Source: Candidatus Aenigmatarchaeota archaeon (GTDB lineage: Archaea; Aenigmatarchaeota; Aenigmatarchaeia; QMZP01; QMZT01). From it: 64,000 nt of DNA. How positions within the stretch are numbered: the stretch's first letter is position 1; every line of letters starts with the position of its first letter. The position numbers were made by a program, and so were the translations under genes. Location: NCBI GenBank assembly GCA_963726265.1, contig CAVSBQ010000002.1, positions 928,001 to 992,000 on the forward strand, given 5' to 3'. Shown here piece by piece: positions 8,956-17,558 of the stretch. The notes below the pieces were generated by a model that saw nothing but the letters and a program-made list of their open reading frames with translations, made no database searches and was not told the origin of the DNA.

Positions 8956-9663
8956 CTAAGCTTCCTGGCCGGTTTTTTCAGCTTCTTTTTCCTCTTTGGC
9001 ATCGTGTCCGGCTCCGGGTTCGTGCTTGTCCATGAATTCGACCTTCTCCATGCCCTTTATCCATCTCGTTATCATGTCGCCGACTATTCTCTTGGCCACG
9101 GGGCTTACCGGCTTACTGGCATGGACTTCGACGCCTTTATCGACCATCCTGATTTCGGAATGCTCGACCATGTAATATTTGAGAAGGGCTTCTATCTTCT
9201 CCTTCTCGCCGTCGATTTTCCTCAGGACCTTCACGCTGTAGTCCAGCGCCTTGCCCGCGAGCGGGTTGTTGAAGTCGACGCGCACTCGCCCGCCTGAAAC
9301 GCTCTGCACCTTCGCCTGCATGCCGTCTATGTCGAAATACGCGCCCGGCACGGGGTTTATCTTGTTCTCGATGAACTTCGATGCAGGCAGTATCTTTATC
9401 AGCCTCGGGTCGCGGATGCCAAAACCCTCGGAAGGCGCGACTTCGAACGAGCGCTCCTCTCCGACTTCCATCTTTTCCAGCTCTTTCATCACGCCGTGTA
9501 CCGTCATGCTCGAGCCGACTATCACCAGCGCCGGCCCGTAAGGCGCTTTCGGATCGTGGAGCTTCTCCTGCTTCGCGACGTCCTCGTTCGTAAGGTCGAA
9601 AATCTCCCCGGTGAGCTTCAGCCTTCCCACGTAATCGATCTCGACGAAATCTCCGTGTTGCAT
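8956..9663 (-). CDS. slyD: FKBP-type peptidyl-prolyl isomerase (archaeal long SlyD type)
   Basis: GDFVEIDYVGR, GEIFDLT, GGRVRVDFNNPLAGK. Confidence 0.92.
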   Translation of the reverse strand: MQHGDFVEIDYVGRLKLTGEIFDLTNEDVAKQEKLHDPKAPYGPALVIVGSSMTVHGVMKELEKMEVGEERSFEVAPSEGFGIRDPRLIKILPASKFIENKINPVPGAYFDIDGMQAKVQSVSGGRVRVDFNNPLAGKALDYSVKVLRKIDGEKEKIEALLKYYMVEHSEIRMVDKGVEVHASKPVSPVAKRIVGDMITRWIKGMEKVEFMDKHEPGAGHDAKEEKEAEKTGQEA

Positions 9664-9770
9664 AGCTTATAATACCAGCGTTTGTTATAAATTGGTTTCG
9701 GTCCTGCATCCTGCAGCCCTGCGTCTGCCAATGAACAAAATAAAAAGGCCTGGAAAACCAGGAACGTCCT

Positions 9771-10079
9771 TTATTTTTTAGCGACTTTCGTTTCCTTGAG
9801 CAGCATCTTCGCTATCATGAAGATGACGAAGGCGATTATCACGAAGTTTATTATGGCGCTGAGGAACGAACCCCATTTCAGCGTTATCGGCCCGATCTGG
9901 AAAACTGATGTCTTCCAGTCGCCAGTCGCTGAAAGCGCAGGCGAAATCACGGGCATTATTATATCGTTAACAAGCGACTGAACCAGCGCGGTGAGCGCTG
10001 CGCCTATGATGAACGCTATGGCGAGCCCCATCACCTTGTACTCATCCAGAAACTGCTTGAACTCCGCTATCAGACCCAT
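9771..10079 (-). CDS. mscL: Large-conductance mechanosensitive channel (short form)
   Basis: EFKQFL, GLAIAFIIGAA, LVNDIIMP, GSFLSAIINFVIIAF. Confidence 0.9.
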   Translation of the reverse strand: MGLIAEFKQFLDEYKVMGLAIAFIIGAALTALVQSLVNDIIMPVISPALSATGDWKTSVFQIGPITLKWGSFLSAIINFVIIAFVIFMIAKMLLKETKVAKK

Positions 10080-10207
10080 CAGGACACCTCACTGTAAGAA
10101 TACTGGTTGCCGTCTTAAAAAACCTGATGCCCGAAAAGAAAACTTTCCGATAAGCCTTTCCCTGAAAGGCATGCCGGTGCAGACGTGTCTGCGCCATTCG
10201 CTTTTAG

Positions 10208-10327
10208 TGGTCCCGCTGGGACTTGAACCCAGGACCTCTCGATATCAGAACCTGCGGTTCCGATACCTCCCTTACGGAGGCTTCGCCTTATCAGTCGAGC
10301 GCTCTAGCCAAGCTGAGCTACGGGACC
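10208..10327 (-). tRNA. tRNA-Ile(GAT) with 45-nt intron at 37/38 (10244-10288)
   Basis: GGTCCCG/CGGGACC acceptor stem, CTCGA-CTGATA|intron|A-TCGAG anticodon arm, TTCAAGT T-loop. No encoded CCA. Confidence 0.9.
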
Positions 10328-10410
10328 AATGCTAGGTTATATCCATATAAGAGAATTTTTAATTTATAAGTTTCTTTTCGCTTCATGCGCTGGGCTCTGC
10401 CTGTCAGAAC

Positions 10411-11334
10411 TCATGCCTTCAGTATGAACGTTTCCGCTCCCCTGACCTCTTCGAGAAGCTTCGACGTCTTCAGGATGCGCGCGGCCTCGTCCTTGCCTAT
10501 GTCCAGCGCCTCCGCGAAGTCCTTCACGGCAACGACCCTGCTGTCCGACACGGTTTCCGCCACCGTCTTGAGGAGGTCCGAAAATCTCAGCGGGGTTTTC
10601 GCCGGGTCGAACCAGCACGCATATTTCTCGGTGATTTTCTCCCGCGCATTGAAATGGGCGCTGCCGTTCTCCGTGTTGAACGCGAAAAGCGAAAGCCTTT
10701 TGTTGGAGAAGCCCTCGGCGAACCTGATGATTTTCTGGCTGAGCGACGCGGCGTTGCCCACGAAAACGACCACGTCATAAACCCCTTCCAGGGGGGTTTC
10801 GAGGAAGCCGTTGACCTCGTCCGCCGCCGTATCCGAGGCGGGTCTCACGAGAATGCGTATCTTCGGCTTTTTCGAGAAAAAATGCTTCTCGTAGACCATC
10901 ACCTCGAACTGCCTGTATTTTTTGTCCCTGACCTTGGTCTTCGTTTTCCTGATGAAGCCGTCGGGCGACCAGTCCAGATGCGATTTTTTCAGCCGCTGCT
11001 CGACGAACTCCATGTAGTTGAGCGTGACGTTCTTGACGTCGTCTTCAGTCGTTTCCTCTTTTTTAACAAAATCTTTTTCATGCTGTCTGCAGAAGCGCTT
11101 CTCTTCGGAAGACCAGCACTCGAGGCATACGAGTTCGCTGCAGCCGTCGTGGAGGCAGCGGCCTCCCCACTCTTCGTGCGAGCCGACCTTCCTGCCGCAG
11201 CGCGGGCAGAATTCCATCTTCTTCTTCGGGAGCAGCTGGTCGAGCTTTTCGTCGGCCTCGCGCTCCTTCTCCTCCGCCTCGTCCTCGAGCTCTATGATTT
11301 CTTCCTCTAACTCCTTGTCCATATCACTTCCCAT
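10411..11334 (-). CDS. Hypothetical protein with acidic N-terminus and Cys/His zinc-binding cluster
   Basis: CPRC...CLHDGC..CLEC..CRQH; host-like codon usage. Confidence 0.75.
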   Translation of the reverse strand: MGSDMDKELEEEIIELEDEAEEKEREADEKLDQLLPKKKMEFCPRCGRKVGSHEEWGGRCLHDGCSELVCLECWSSEEKRFCRQHEKDFVKKEETTEDDVKNVTLNYMEFVEQRLKKSHLDWSPDGFIRKTKTKVRDKKYRQFEVMVYEKHFFSKKPKIRILVRPASDTAADEVNGFLETPLEGVYDVVVFVGNAASLSQKIIRFAEGFSNKRLSLFAFNTENGSAHFNAREKITEKYACWFDPAKTPLRFSDLLKTVAETVSDSRVVAVKDFAEALDIGKDEAARILKTSKLLEEVRGAETFILKA

Positions 11335-11384
11335 GGTTTATTCTTGAAGGCGTATTTTAAAAAACAAACTGCGAATAAATCACC

Positions 11385-12212
11385 ATGGCCGGGAAGAAAA
11401 GAGGGAAAGGCATGAAAAGGACGGGAAGCGAGGCGGCAGCAGGCGGGATAAGGTTCGTGACAGGGCAACCAGCGTTACTCGCCGGCGATACGCTCGTCGT
11501 CGCGGACCTGCACATCGGCGTCGAATACGGCTATTACAAGTCAGGCATACGCATCCCCTCGAACACGGGCAGCATGCTCAAGGCGCTAAGGGAGCTGATA
11601 AGGCTCACGCGTGCCAGAAACCTCGTTCTTCTGGGCGACGTGAAGCACAAGGTGCCCGGCTCGACGTTCCAGGAGATGCGCGAGATTCCGGAATTCCTGG
11701 TGTCGCTGGGGAAAGAGACCGCGGTTGACGTCGTCCCGGGCAACCACGACCCGGACCTGAAGAACTTCCTTCCGGAAAACGTGCGCCTCCGCCCGAGCAG
11801 GGGCTTCGCAAGGGGTAATTTTTATTTTGTCCACGGGCATACATGGCCCGACCCGGCGTTCATGAAGGCGGCTTATGTCATGGTCGGGCATGAGCATCCC
11901 CAAATCGAGTTCCGCGACAAGCTCGGTTACAGGTTCTTCGAGCAGGCATGGCTGCGCGCGGAGCTCGACAGGAACGCCCTGCGCAAAAGATACGGGAAAA
12001 TCCCCGTCCGCCTGCCGGAACTCATAATCATGCCGAAGTTCAACCGGCTGTCTGGGGGGATTTCGATGAACTACCCGGTTACGGCCATAGACAGGGCGCA
12101 CGGGTATGACAGCAGCGGCATAGGACCGCTGGTGAGGTCGGCGAAGCTGAAGCAGGCGAAGGTCTATCTGCTCGACGGCACGTTTCTAGGGAAATTAAAG
12201 GACCTTTTATAA
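11385..12212 (+). CDS. Calcineurin-like metallophosphoesterase
   Basis: ADLHIG, LGDVKH, GNHD, HGH and GHEHP motifs. Confidence 0.9.
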   Translation: MAGKKRGKGMKRTGSEAAAGGIRFVTGQPALLAGDTLVVADLHIGVEYGYYKSGIRIPSNTGSMLKALRELIRLTRARNLVLLGDVKHKVPGSTFQEMREIPEFLVSLGKETAVDVVPGNHDPDLKNFLPENVRLRPSRGFARGNFYFVHGHTWPDPAFMKAAYVMVGHEHPQIEFRDKLGYRFFEQAWLRAELDRNALRKRYGKIPVRLPELIIMPKFNRLSGGISMNYPVTAIDRAHGYDSSGIGPLVRSAKLKQAKVYLLDGTFLGKLKDLL

Positions 12213-12261
12213 AACTTTTTTAATCCGCTTTTCAAATAAAACCTAGTCAAGGCTGATAGAC

Positions 12262-12942
12262 ATGAAAAACGTCGCAGTGCTTTTCTCCGGCGCGAAGGAC
12301 TCGACCTTCGCAGTCTACAAGGCCATGGGCATGGGGCTGCACGTTAAATTCCTGCTCACGCTTCTGCCCAAGAGGGACGATTCATACATGTTCCACCACC
12401 CGAACGTGCAGTGGGCAAGGCTGCACGCCGAGGCCATGGGCATCCCCATAGTCTTCAGGGAAGTGAGCGGAGAGGAGGGAAAGGAAGTCGAGGAGATGAA
12501 AGGCATCCTCGCGTCGCTGAAGCCCGAGATAGACGGCGTCGTTTCCGGCGCCCTGGCGAGCCGCTACCAGAGGACAAGGATAGACAACGCCTGCAAGGAG
12601 CTCGGCCTAGAATCCATATCGCCCCACTGGAACAGGGGCATAAAGGATTACCTCGAGGACCTGATAATATCGGGCTTTGACGTCATATTCATCGCGGTCG
12701 CGGCAGAAGGCCTCAACGAGAGCTGGCTGGGCAGGAGGCTTGACCGCGAGGCGCTGAAAGACCTGGAAAAGCTCCATGAAAAGCACGGCGTCCACATGGG
12801 TGGTGAGGGAGGCGAATACGAATCGTTCGTCCTCGACGCGCCGATTTTCAAAAAGAGGGTGAGAATCCTGCATGCCCACAAGGAATGGGACGGCGCAAGG
12901 GGCGCTTACATCATAGACAGCGCGGAGCTTGTCGAGAAGTAA
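12262..12942 (+). CDS. dph6: Diphthine--ammonia ligase (PP-loop ATPase)
   Basis: SGAKDS PP-loop, SYMFH, GEGGEYESFVLDAPIF. Confidence 0.9.
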   Translation: MKNVAVLFSGAKDSTFAVYKAMGMGLHVKFLLTLLPKRDDSYMFHHPNVQWARLHAEAMGIPIVFREVSGEEGKEVEEMKGILASLKPEIDGVVSGALASRYQRTRIDNACKELGLESISPHWNRGIKDYLEDLIISGFDVIFIAVAAEGLNESWLGRRLDREALKDLEKLHEKHGVHMGGEGGEYESFVLDAPIFKKRVRILHAHKEWDGARGAYIIDSAELVEK

Positions 12943-12951
12943 TAGTCGGTT

Positions 12952-13686
12952 TCACATTCTGGAAATTTTTCCAGCCTTTGCCAAAACCGCCTCTGCCTTG
13001 ATTTTTTCAGCTTGCCTGCGAGTAAAAGCAGCATGCAGATTTTGTTCTTTTCTAACCACCAACATCTCAGATTCATAGTTTATATAACGCAATACAGGCG
13101 TCTCGCCGTCCAGACGCAGACAAAAAAGATCAGGCCCGTCATGATGAAATGAAATTTCAACTGTCTTTTTGTAAGCTAATATTTTGGCGTAGTCACCAAA
13201 AGGAAAGATATCTTCAAACATCATTTCAAAAAGATTTTTATCCAGTTTTGGCAGTTTGAAGGCCATTCGTATAACGCATTCTTTGAATTTTCCCACGTTC
13301 CTGATTTCCATTCCATCCGGATAAAATTCCAGGCCCAGTTCCATGGGATTTTTATTGTAACCAAGTCTTTTACCTACCGATTTGCAGGATAAATCGACAT
13401 AACGCGTGTTATTATAAGAATCGACATAATCACCGCATCTGCCATAAGGAACAAATTTATCGCAACCACCCTCCGGATATGAGCATGGCTCAGGTTTAAA
13501 ATCCTTTTCCGACAGGCCTGTAATTAAAAATTTATTAATTTCTGTTTCCCCGAAAATCCGGGGAGGAGAATAAAAATCGCCGTCACCGATTCCGAATGCA
13601 GAATTAGGTTTTACCCCCAAAATTCTCAAGGCATACGTTTGAGCAAATTTCGCAGGTAAAAATGTTTCTATTGCCCTATTTGTCAT
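12952..13686 (-). CDS. AT-rich orphan hypothetical protein (cassette A)
   Basis: 244-aa ORF with a TATA (TTTAAAA about 13706-13712) shortly upstream and atypical composition. Confidence 0.7.
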   Translation of the reverse strand: MTNRAIETFLPAKFAQTYALRILGVKPNSAFGIGDGDFYSPPRIFGETEINKFLITGLSEKDFKPEPCSYPEGGCDKFVPYGRCGDYVDSYNNTRYVDLSCKSVGKRLGYNKNPMELGLEFYPDGMEIRNVGKFKECVIRMAFKLPKLDKNLFEMMFEDIFPFGDYAKILAYKKTVEISFHHDGPDLFCLRLDGETPVLRYINYESEMLVVRKEQNLHAAFTRRQAEKIKAEAVLAKAGKISRM

Positions 13687-13749
13687 ATTTTATTTTGATA
13701 ATTAGTTTTAAATCCGCATTTTTCCAGAATTTTTGCCGTTCCTGGATTT

Positions 13750-13791
13750 CTATAATCTGCGGTCCAGAACCTGGTTTACCATCCTGTCCGC
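13750..13791 (-). pseudogene. Duplicated 3' end of rnhA (ADRMVNQVLDRRL*)
   Basis: GCG GAC AGG ATG GTA AAC CAG GTT CTG GAC encodes the same 10 aa as the rnhA end at 14275-14304. The stop is at the same distance. Confidence 0.85.
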
Positions 13792-13794
13792 ACT

Positions 13795-13830
13795 CAGAAG
13801 AAATGGGATAGTGCAGAGCTCGTCGAAAAA
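13795..13830 (+). pseudogene. Duplicated 3' end of dph6 (QKKWDSAELVEK)
   Basis: GAT AGT GCA GAG CTC GTC GAA AAA encodes DSAELVEK, identical to the dph6 end at 12916-12939 with only synonymous changes. Confidence 0.8.
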
Positions 13831-13837
13831 AATAATT

Positions 13838-14185
13838 TTATTTTTTTTGATATTTTCTTATGATGATGGATTCGGGATATCTAATGTCACCAATGAAGCC
13901 GCTAATTGACAGAACATCCCCTTCCCTGACATTCTGGATGCCACTGCGCCTGCGTAAAAGAGGGTTATAGCTGAAAACAACACCTCTTTTTTCATCTTCT
14001 AATAAGAGACATTCTGTGCTATATTCTACCCTCTTTACTTTCAGTTTATCAATCTGATACCAATGATCTCGGGTATTTTTTAGAGATTTTATTATTCCTG
14101 GTGCATTATCAATAGCGTCACCAAGAGAATCGAAAATGTAGAATGTTTTCCTCCACCAACCCTTGCCAGTTGTTGTCGTTTGCAT
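13838..14185 (-). CDS. AT-rich orphan hypothetical protein (cassette B)
   Basis: 115-aa ORF with atypical composition and AT-rich upstream sequence. Confidence 0.65.
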   Translation of the reverse strand: MQTTTTGKGWWRKTFYIFDSLGDAIDNAPGIIKSLKNTRDHWYQIDKLKVKRVEYSTECLLLEDEKRGVVFSYNPLLRRRSGIQNVREGDVLSISGFIGDIRYPESIIIRKYQKK

Positions 14186-14262
14186 GATTATATGTAAGAA
14201 ATTAGTTTTTTATTGTTATTTTCACGCTTTGGTGCTATGCATGAACTTATACTGCTCATTAG

Positions 14263-14700
14263 CTAAAAAATTTTATCAAGAACTTGGTTTACCATGCGGT
14301 CAGCCCGCTGGATTACAGGGTCCGTCCTGCGCACGCTGACATAGCCGACTTTCGCGAATTTCTTCTCGAGCGTTTTCGCTTCGTCATGCAGCTCCTTCAG
14401 ATGGCCTTTCTTGACCTTGTATTCGCCCTTCATCTGGCTTATCATGAGCTGGCTGTCGGAGAAACACGTGATTTCAGCGCCTCCGCTTTCGCCTACGAGC
14501 TTCGCGGCTTCTTTCAGCGCCAGGATGAGCGCCCTGTATTCGGCGATGTTGTTGGTGCAGGCACCAATGAATTCGGCGCGCTCCTTCAGCAGGTTGCCTT
14601 TCTCGTCAGTTATTATGAACGCCGCCGCGCCCGGGCCCGGGTTGCCGCGCGATGCGCCGTCGGTGTAAATCTTCAATTTTTCGCGTTTCATTTTTTCCAC
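14263..14700 (-). CDS. rnhA: Ribonuclease HI
   Basis: YTDGASRGNPG, TNNIAEY, SDSQL, ADRMVN. Confidence 0.93.
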   Translation of the reverse strand: MEKMKREKLKIYTDGASRGNPGPGAAAFIITDEKGNLLKERAEFIGACTNNIAEYRALILALKEAAKLVGESGGAEITCFSDSQLMISQMKGEYKVKKGHLKELHDEAKTLEKKFAKVGYVSVRRTDPVIQRADRMVNQVLDKIF

Positions 14701-15506
14701 TGGTATCCCTCCTTCTGCAGGATTCCGAGCATTTTGAGCGAGTCCTGCTCGAGAATCGGGCTTTCGGAAATTATGGTTATGTTTTTGATTCCGCTCTTCA
14801 AAAGGCTTTGTGCCAGTTGGACGAAATCGGGTTTCCTGTGGTCGATGGTCAGATGTCTGCGCTCGCCTTTCGCCGTGTATTCGATGCCTGAGAAATGGCA
14901 GTGATGGTGTGCGATGTCCAGCGCTTCCATTTTCTTCAGCGTTTCGCTGAAATCTATACTGCCGGCGTTCCTGGCGAAGATGTGGGAGAAATCGACGGCT
15001 GGCATGCAGTTTTTGATTTTCTTGTGGACGGCGATGTTCTCATCAAGCGTGCCGAACTGCGAGCCCTTGCCGGTCGTCTCGAGGCCGAGCTTCACGTCCC
15101 ATCCTTCTTTCGCGATTTTGTCGTTCATGTCCCCGCAGGCCTCCAGGACCAGCTCGAACGCCTTCGTTTTATCCAGCGTCCCGTAGAAGCCTGAATGGAA
15201 GACCACGACCCACGCGCCGAGGTGATGCGCCCTCTCGCACGAATCGAGGATGCGCTTCTTCGACGCTGCGACTTTTTCCGGGTTGCAGAGGTTTATGAAA
15301 TATGGCGCGTGTATCGAAAGCAGGATCCCCTCGTCTTTTGCAGCCTTCCCTGCCTGCTTCGCGGACTCGACGCTCATGTGCACGCCGCGGACGAACTCGA
15401 CTTCCATCGCGTTGAGGCCGAGCTCGGCGACGTGCCTTATGCCATCCGCCGTCGAAGAGCCTTTTAATGTGGTCGGGATGCCTGCAGGGCCGAGGAAAAT
15501 GCGCAT
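14688..15506 (-). CDS. nfo: Endonuclease IV (AP endonuclease family 2)
   Basis: MEVEFVRG, SIHAPYFINL, VFHSG, ETTGK, DFSH, HFSGIEY, ISESP. Confidence 0.92.
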   Translation of the reverse strand: MRIFLGPAGIPTTLKGSSTADGIRHVAELGLNAMEVEFVRGVHMSVESAKQAGKAAKDEGILLSIHAPYFINLCNPEKVAASKKRILDSCERAHHLGAWVVVFHSGFYGTLDKTKAFELVLEACGDMNDKIAKEGWDVKLGLETTGKGSQFGTLDENIAVHKKIKNCMPAVDFSHIFARNAGSIDFSETLKKMEALDIAHHHCHFSGIEYTAKGERRHLTIDHRKPDFVQLAQSLLKSGIKNITIISESPILEQDSLKMLGILQKEGYQWKK

Positions 15507-15581
15507 GATTTTTTATTGGAAAAGCTGCATAAAAACGCGAGCACGCAAAAAATGCCGCAAAGTAAATTCTATATTCGCGCA

Positions 15582-15631
15582 AAAGCTTTATATTCGCTTT
15601 CCCCGGGCAGTGAAAGGAAAGCTTTATATTC
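15582..15631 (+). promoter_or_regulatory. Two tandem BRE-TATA-like elements AAAGCTTTATATTC
   Basis: Identical 14-mers at 15582-15595 and 15618-15631. The AAAGCTTTATA core recurs at about 25974 (+) and about 29178-29188 (-) upstream of genes. Confidence 0.6.
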
Positions 15632-15738
15632 TGGTTCTGTATATTGAAATCATCAGCAGGCGAGCCATACGCGGCGTTAACGACGGCTGAAATGGGGTAA
15701 AGAGCGGAGCACTTTTTAAGCAAGAGGAGGTTGAGGCC

Positions 15739-15825
15739 ATGAACAAGAAAAAGGACAAGAAAAAAGTAATTGAAGAGGAAGAAGAAGACACGGAAACAGA
15801 AGAAAGCGAGGAAGAGGAGTTCTGA
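15739..15825 (+). CDS. 28-aa basic/acidic peptide MNKKKDKKKVIEEEEEDTETEESEEEEF
   Basis: Strong SD-like GAGGAGGTTGAGG directly upstream, upstream promoters and a downstream terminator-like hairpin. Too short for the ORF track. Confidence 0.65.
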   Translation: MNKKKDKKKVIEEEEEDTETEESEEEEF

Positions 15826-15856
15826 GTTTTTCCGAAAGGACATCATAATCAGTGGC

Positions 15857-15895
15857 GTGGCGAATTCCGGAAATTGCGCCACATTTTTTCTTTTC
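15857..15895 (+). terminator. Hairpin plus T-tract terminator-like element
   Basis: GTGGCGAATT...AATTGCGCCAC followed by ATTTTTTCTTTT. Confidence 0.5.
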
Positions 15896-15959
15896 CCCCT
15901 ACGTTTTTCTGCAAGCTGCAAGCGGAAATTATTTAAGCTGTTACCTACAATTCTATACG

Positions 15960-16442
15960 ATGAAGCTCAATCATTCGCTCAAGACGGGCCTTAGCTTTGG
16001 CCTCACTTCCGCGACCATCACCACGCTGGGCCTTATGGTCGGCCTGGAGTCCGGGACGAAATCGAAACTCATAGTCATGGGAGGCATACTGACGATAGCG
16101 ATAGCCGACGCCTTCTCCGACGCGCTCGGCATTCATGTCTCCGAAGAATCGGAAAACAGGCACAGCTCCCGGGAGATATGGATGGCGACCGTCTCGACTT
16201 TCGCGGCCAAGTTCCTTTTCGCCATGACGTTCCTGATACCGGTCATACTGATGCAGCTTTCCACTGCGATTATCGTGAGCATATGCTGGGGCCTCGTAAT
16301 AATGACATTCGCTAGCTACCAGATCGCGAAATCCGCGAAGCAGAAGCCGCTGTATGTGATTGTTGAGCATGCCGGCATAATGCTCGTGGTCGTCCTGATA
16401 ACGCATTACGTAGGCGACATGATAGCCTTCCTTTTCGGATGA
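15960..16442 (+). CDS. VIT1/CCC1-like membrane protein
   Basis: GLSFGLTSATITTLG and IAIADAFSDALGIHVSEESE. Start ATG 15960 lies downstream of a TTATTTAAG TATA. Confidence 0.75.
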   Translation: MKLNHSLKTGLSFGLTSATITTLGLMVGLESGTKSKLIVMGGILTIAIADAFSDALGIHVSEESENRHSSREIWMATVSTFAAKFLFAMTFLIPVILMQLSTAIIVSICWGLVIMTFASYQIAKSAKQKPLYVIVEHAGIMLVVVLITHYVGDMIAFLFG

Positions 16443-16542
16443 CCTGCCAACCTAACTTGCAACTTGCCTAAAAACTATTTAAAACCACGGGCATATGTAT
16501 TGTCTTCGAGCGGGTTATTTTAGAAATGCACGGCTGATGATT

Positions 16543-17547
16543 ATGAACGCGATAAAAGTCGAAAATCTGACCAAGAAGTTCAACGGTTTCACGGCAGTCG
16601 ACGGCATATCCTTCTCCGTCGAGGAAGGCGAGCTCTTCGGCCTTCTCGGGCCGAACGGTGCGGGCAAGACCACGACCATAAACATGCTTTCCACACTTCT
16701 TAAGACGACCTCAGGCCACGCAGAAGTCGCGGGCTTCGACGTGACGAAAAGCACGGACGACGTACGCAGGAGCATCGGCATAGTCTTCCAGGAGCCGGCG
16801 CTCGACAACAAGCTGACTGGAAAGGAGAACCTGGAATTCCACGGCATGATGTACGGCATGGCGGCTGACGAGCGGAGGAAGAGGATAGGCGAGGTCCTGG
16901 CGCTGGTCGAGCTGACCGACAAGGCAGGCGTGCTGGTCGAGAAATATTCGGGCGGCATGAAGCGCCGCCTGGAAATAGCAAGGGGTTTAATCCACAGGCC
17001 GAAAGTCCTTTTCCTGGACGAGCCGACCCTTGGCCTCGACGCGCAGACCCGCCGCCGCATCTGGGAATACATAAAGAAGCTCAACAAGGAGGCGGGCGTG
17101 ACGATAATTCTCACCACCCATTACATGGAGGAGGCGGACTACCTCTGCGGCAGGATAGCCATAATAGACCACGGCAAAATCGTCGCTCTAGACACGCCGA
17201 AAAAGCTGAAAGACGTGCTCGGCGGCGACGTCGTGTGCCTCGAAGTCGAAGGCGACACCGCAAAATACATGCAATACGCGAAGGCGCTGAAGTGGGTAAG
17301 GAACGCGAAAATCCATGACGGCGAGCTCTGCCTCACCATGGAGCACGGGGAAAAGAGGATTCCCGAGCTTGTCTGCGCGGCGCCGAAGCACGGCATCAGC
17401 ATACGTTCGGTCAGCCTGCGCAAGCCGAGCCTCGAGGACGTTTTCCTGCACTTCACCGGAAAAACCATCAGGGAGCATGAGGCTAGCCAGGGTGGCTTCG
17501 GCAGGGAGATGATGAGGATGAGGGCAGGGCGTGGGCACGGGATGTGA
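16543..17547 (+). CDS. ABC exporter ATP-binding subunit (DrrA-like)
   Basis: GPNGAGKTT, YSGGMKRRLE, LDEPT, TTHYMEEA. Confidence 0.93.
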   Translation: MNAIKVENLTKKFNGFTAVDGISFSVEEGELFGLLGPNGAGKTTTINMLSTLLKTTSGHAEVAGFDVTKSTDDVRRSIGIVFQEPALDNKLTGKENLEFHGMMYGMAADERRKRIGEVLALVELTDKAGVLVEKYSGGMKRRLEIARGLIHRPKVLFLDEPTLGLDAQTRRRIWEYIKKLNKEAGVTIILTTHYMEEADYLCGRIAIIDHGKIVALDTPKKLKDVLGGDVVCLEVEGDTAKYMQYAKALKWVRNAKIHDGELCLTMEHGEKRIPELVCAAPKHGISIRSVSLRKPSLEDVFLHFTGKTIREHEASQGGFGREMMRMRAGRGHGM

Positions 17548-17558
17548 AGGTTGATATC

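Noticed and set aside
15770..15994. 74-aa Lys/Arg-rich ORF
   Set aside because: It is an alternative frame of the purine-rich 28-aa peptide gene, has a TTG start without SD, and runs through a terminator.
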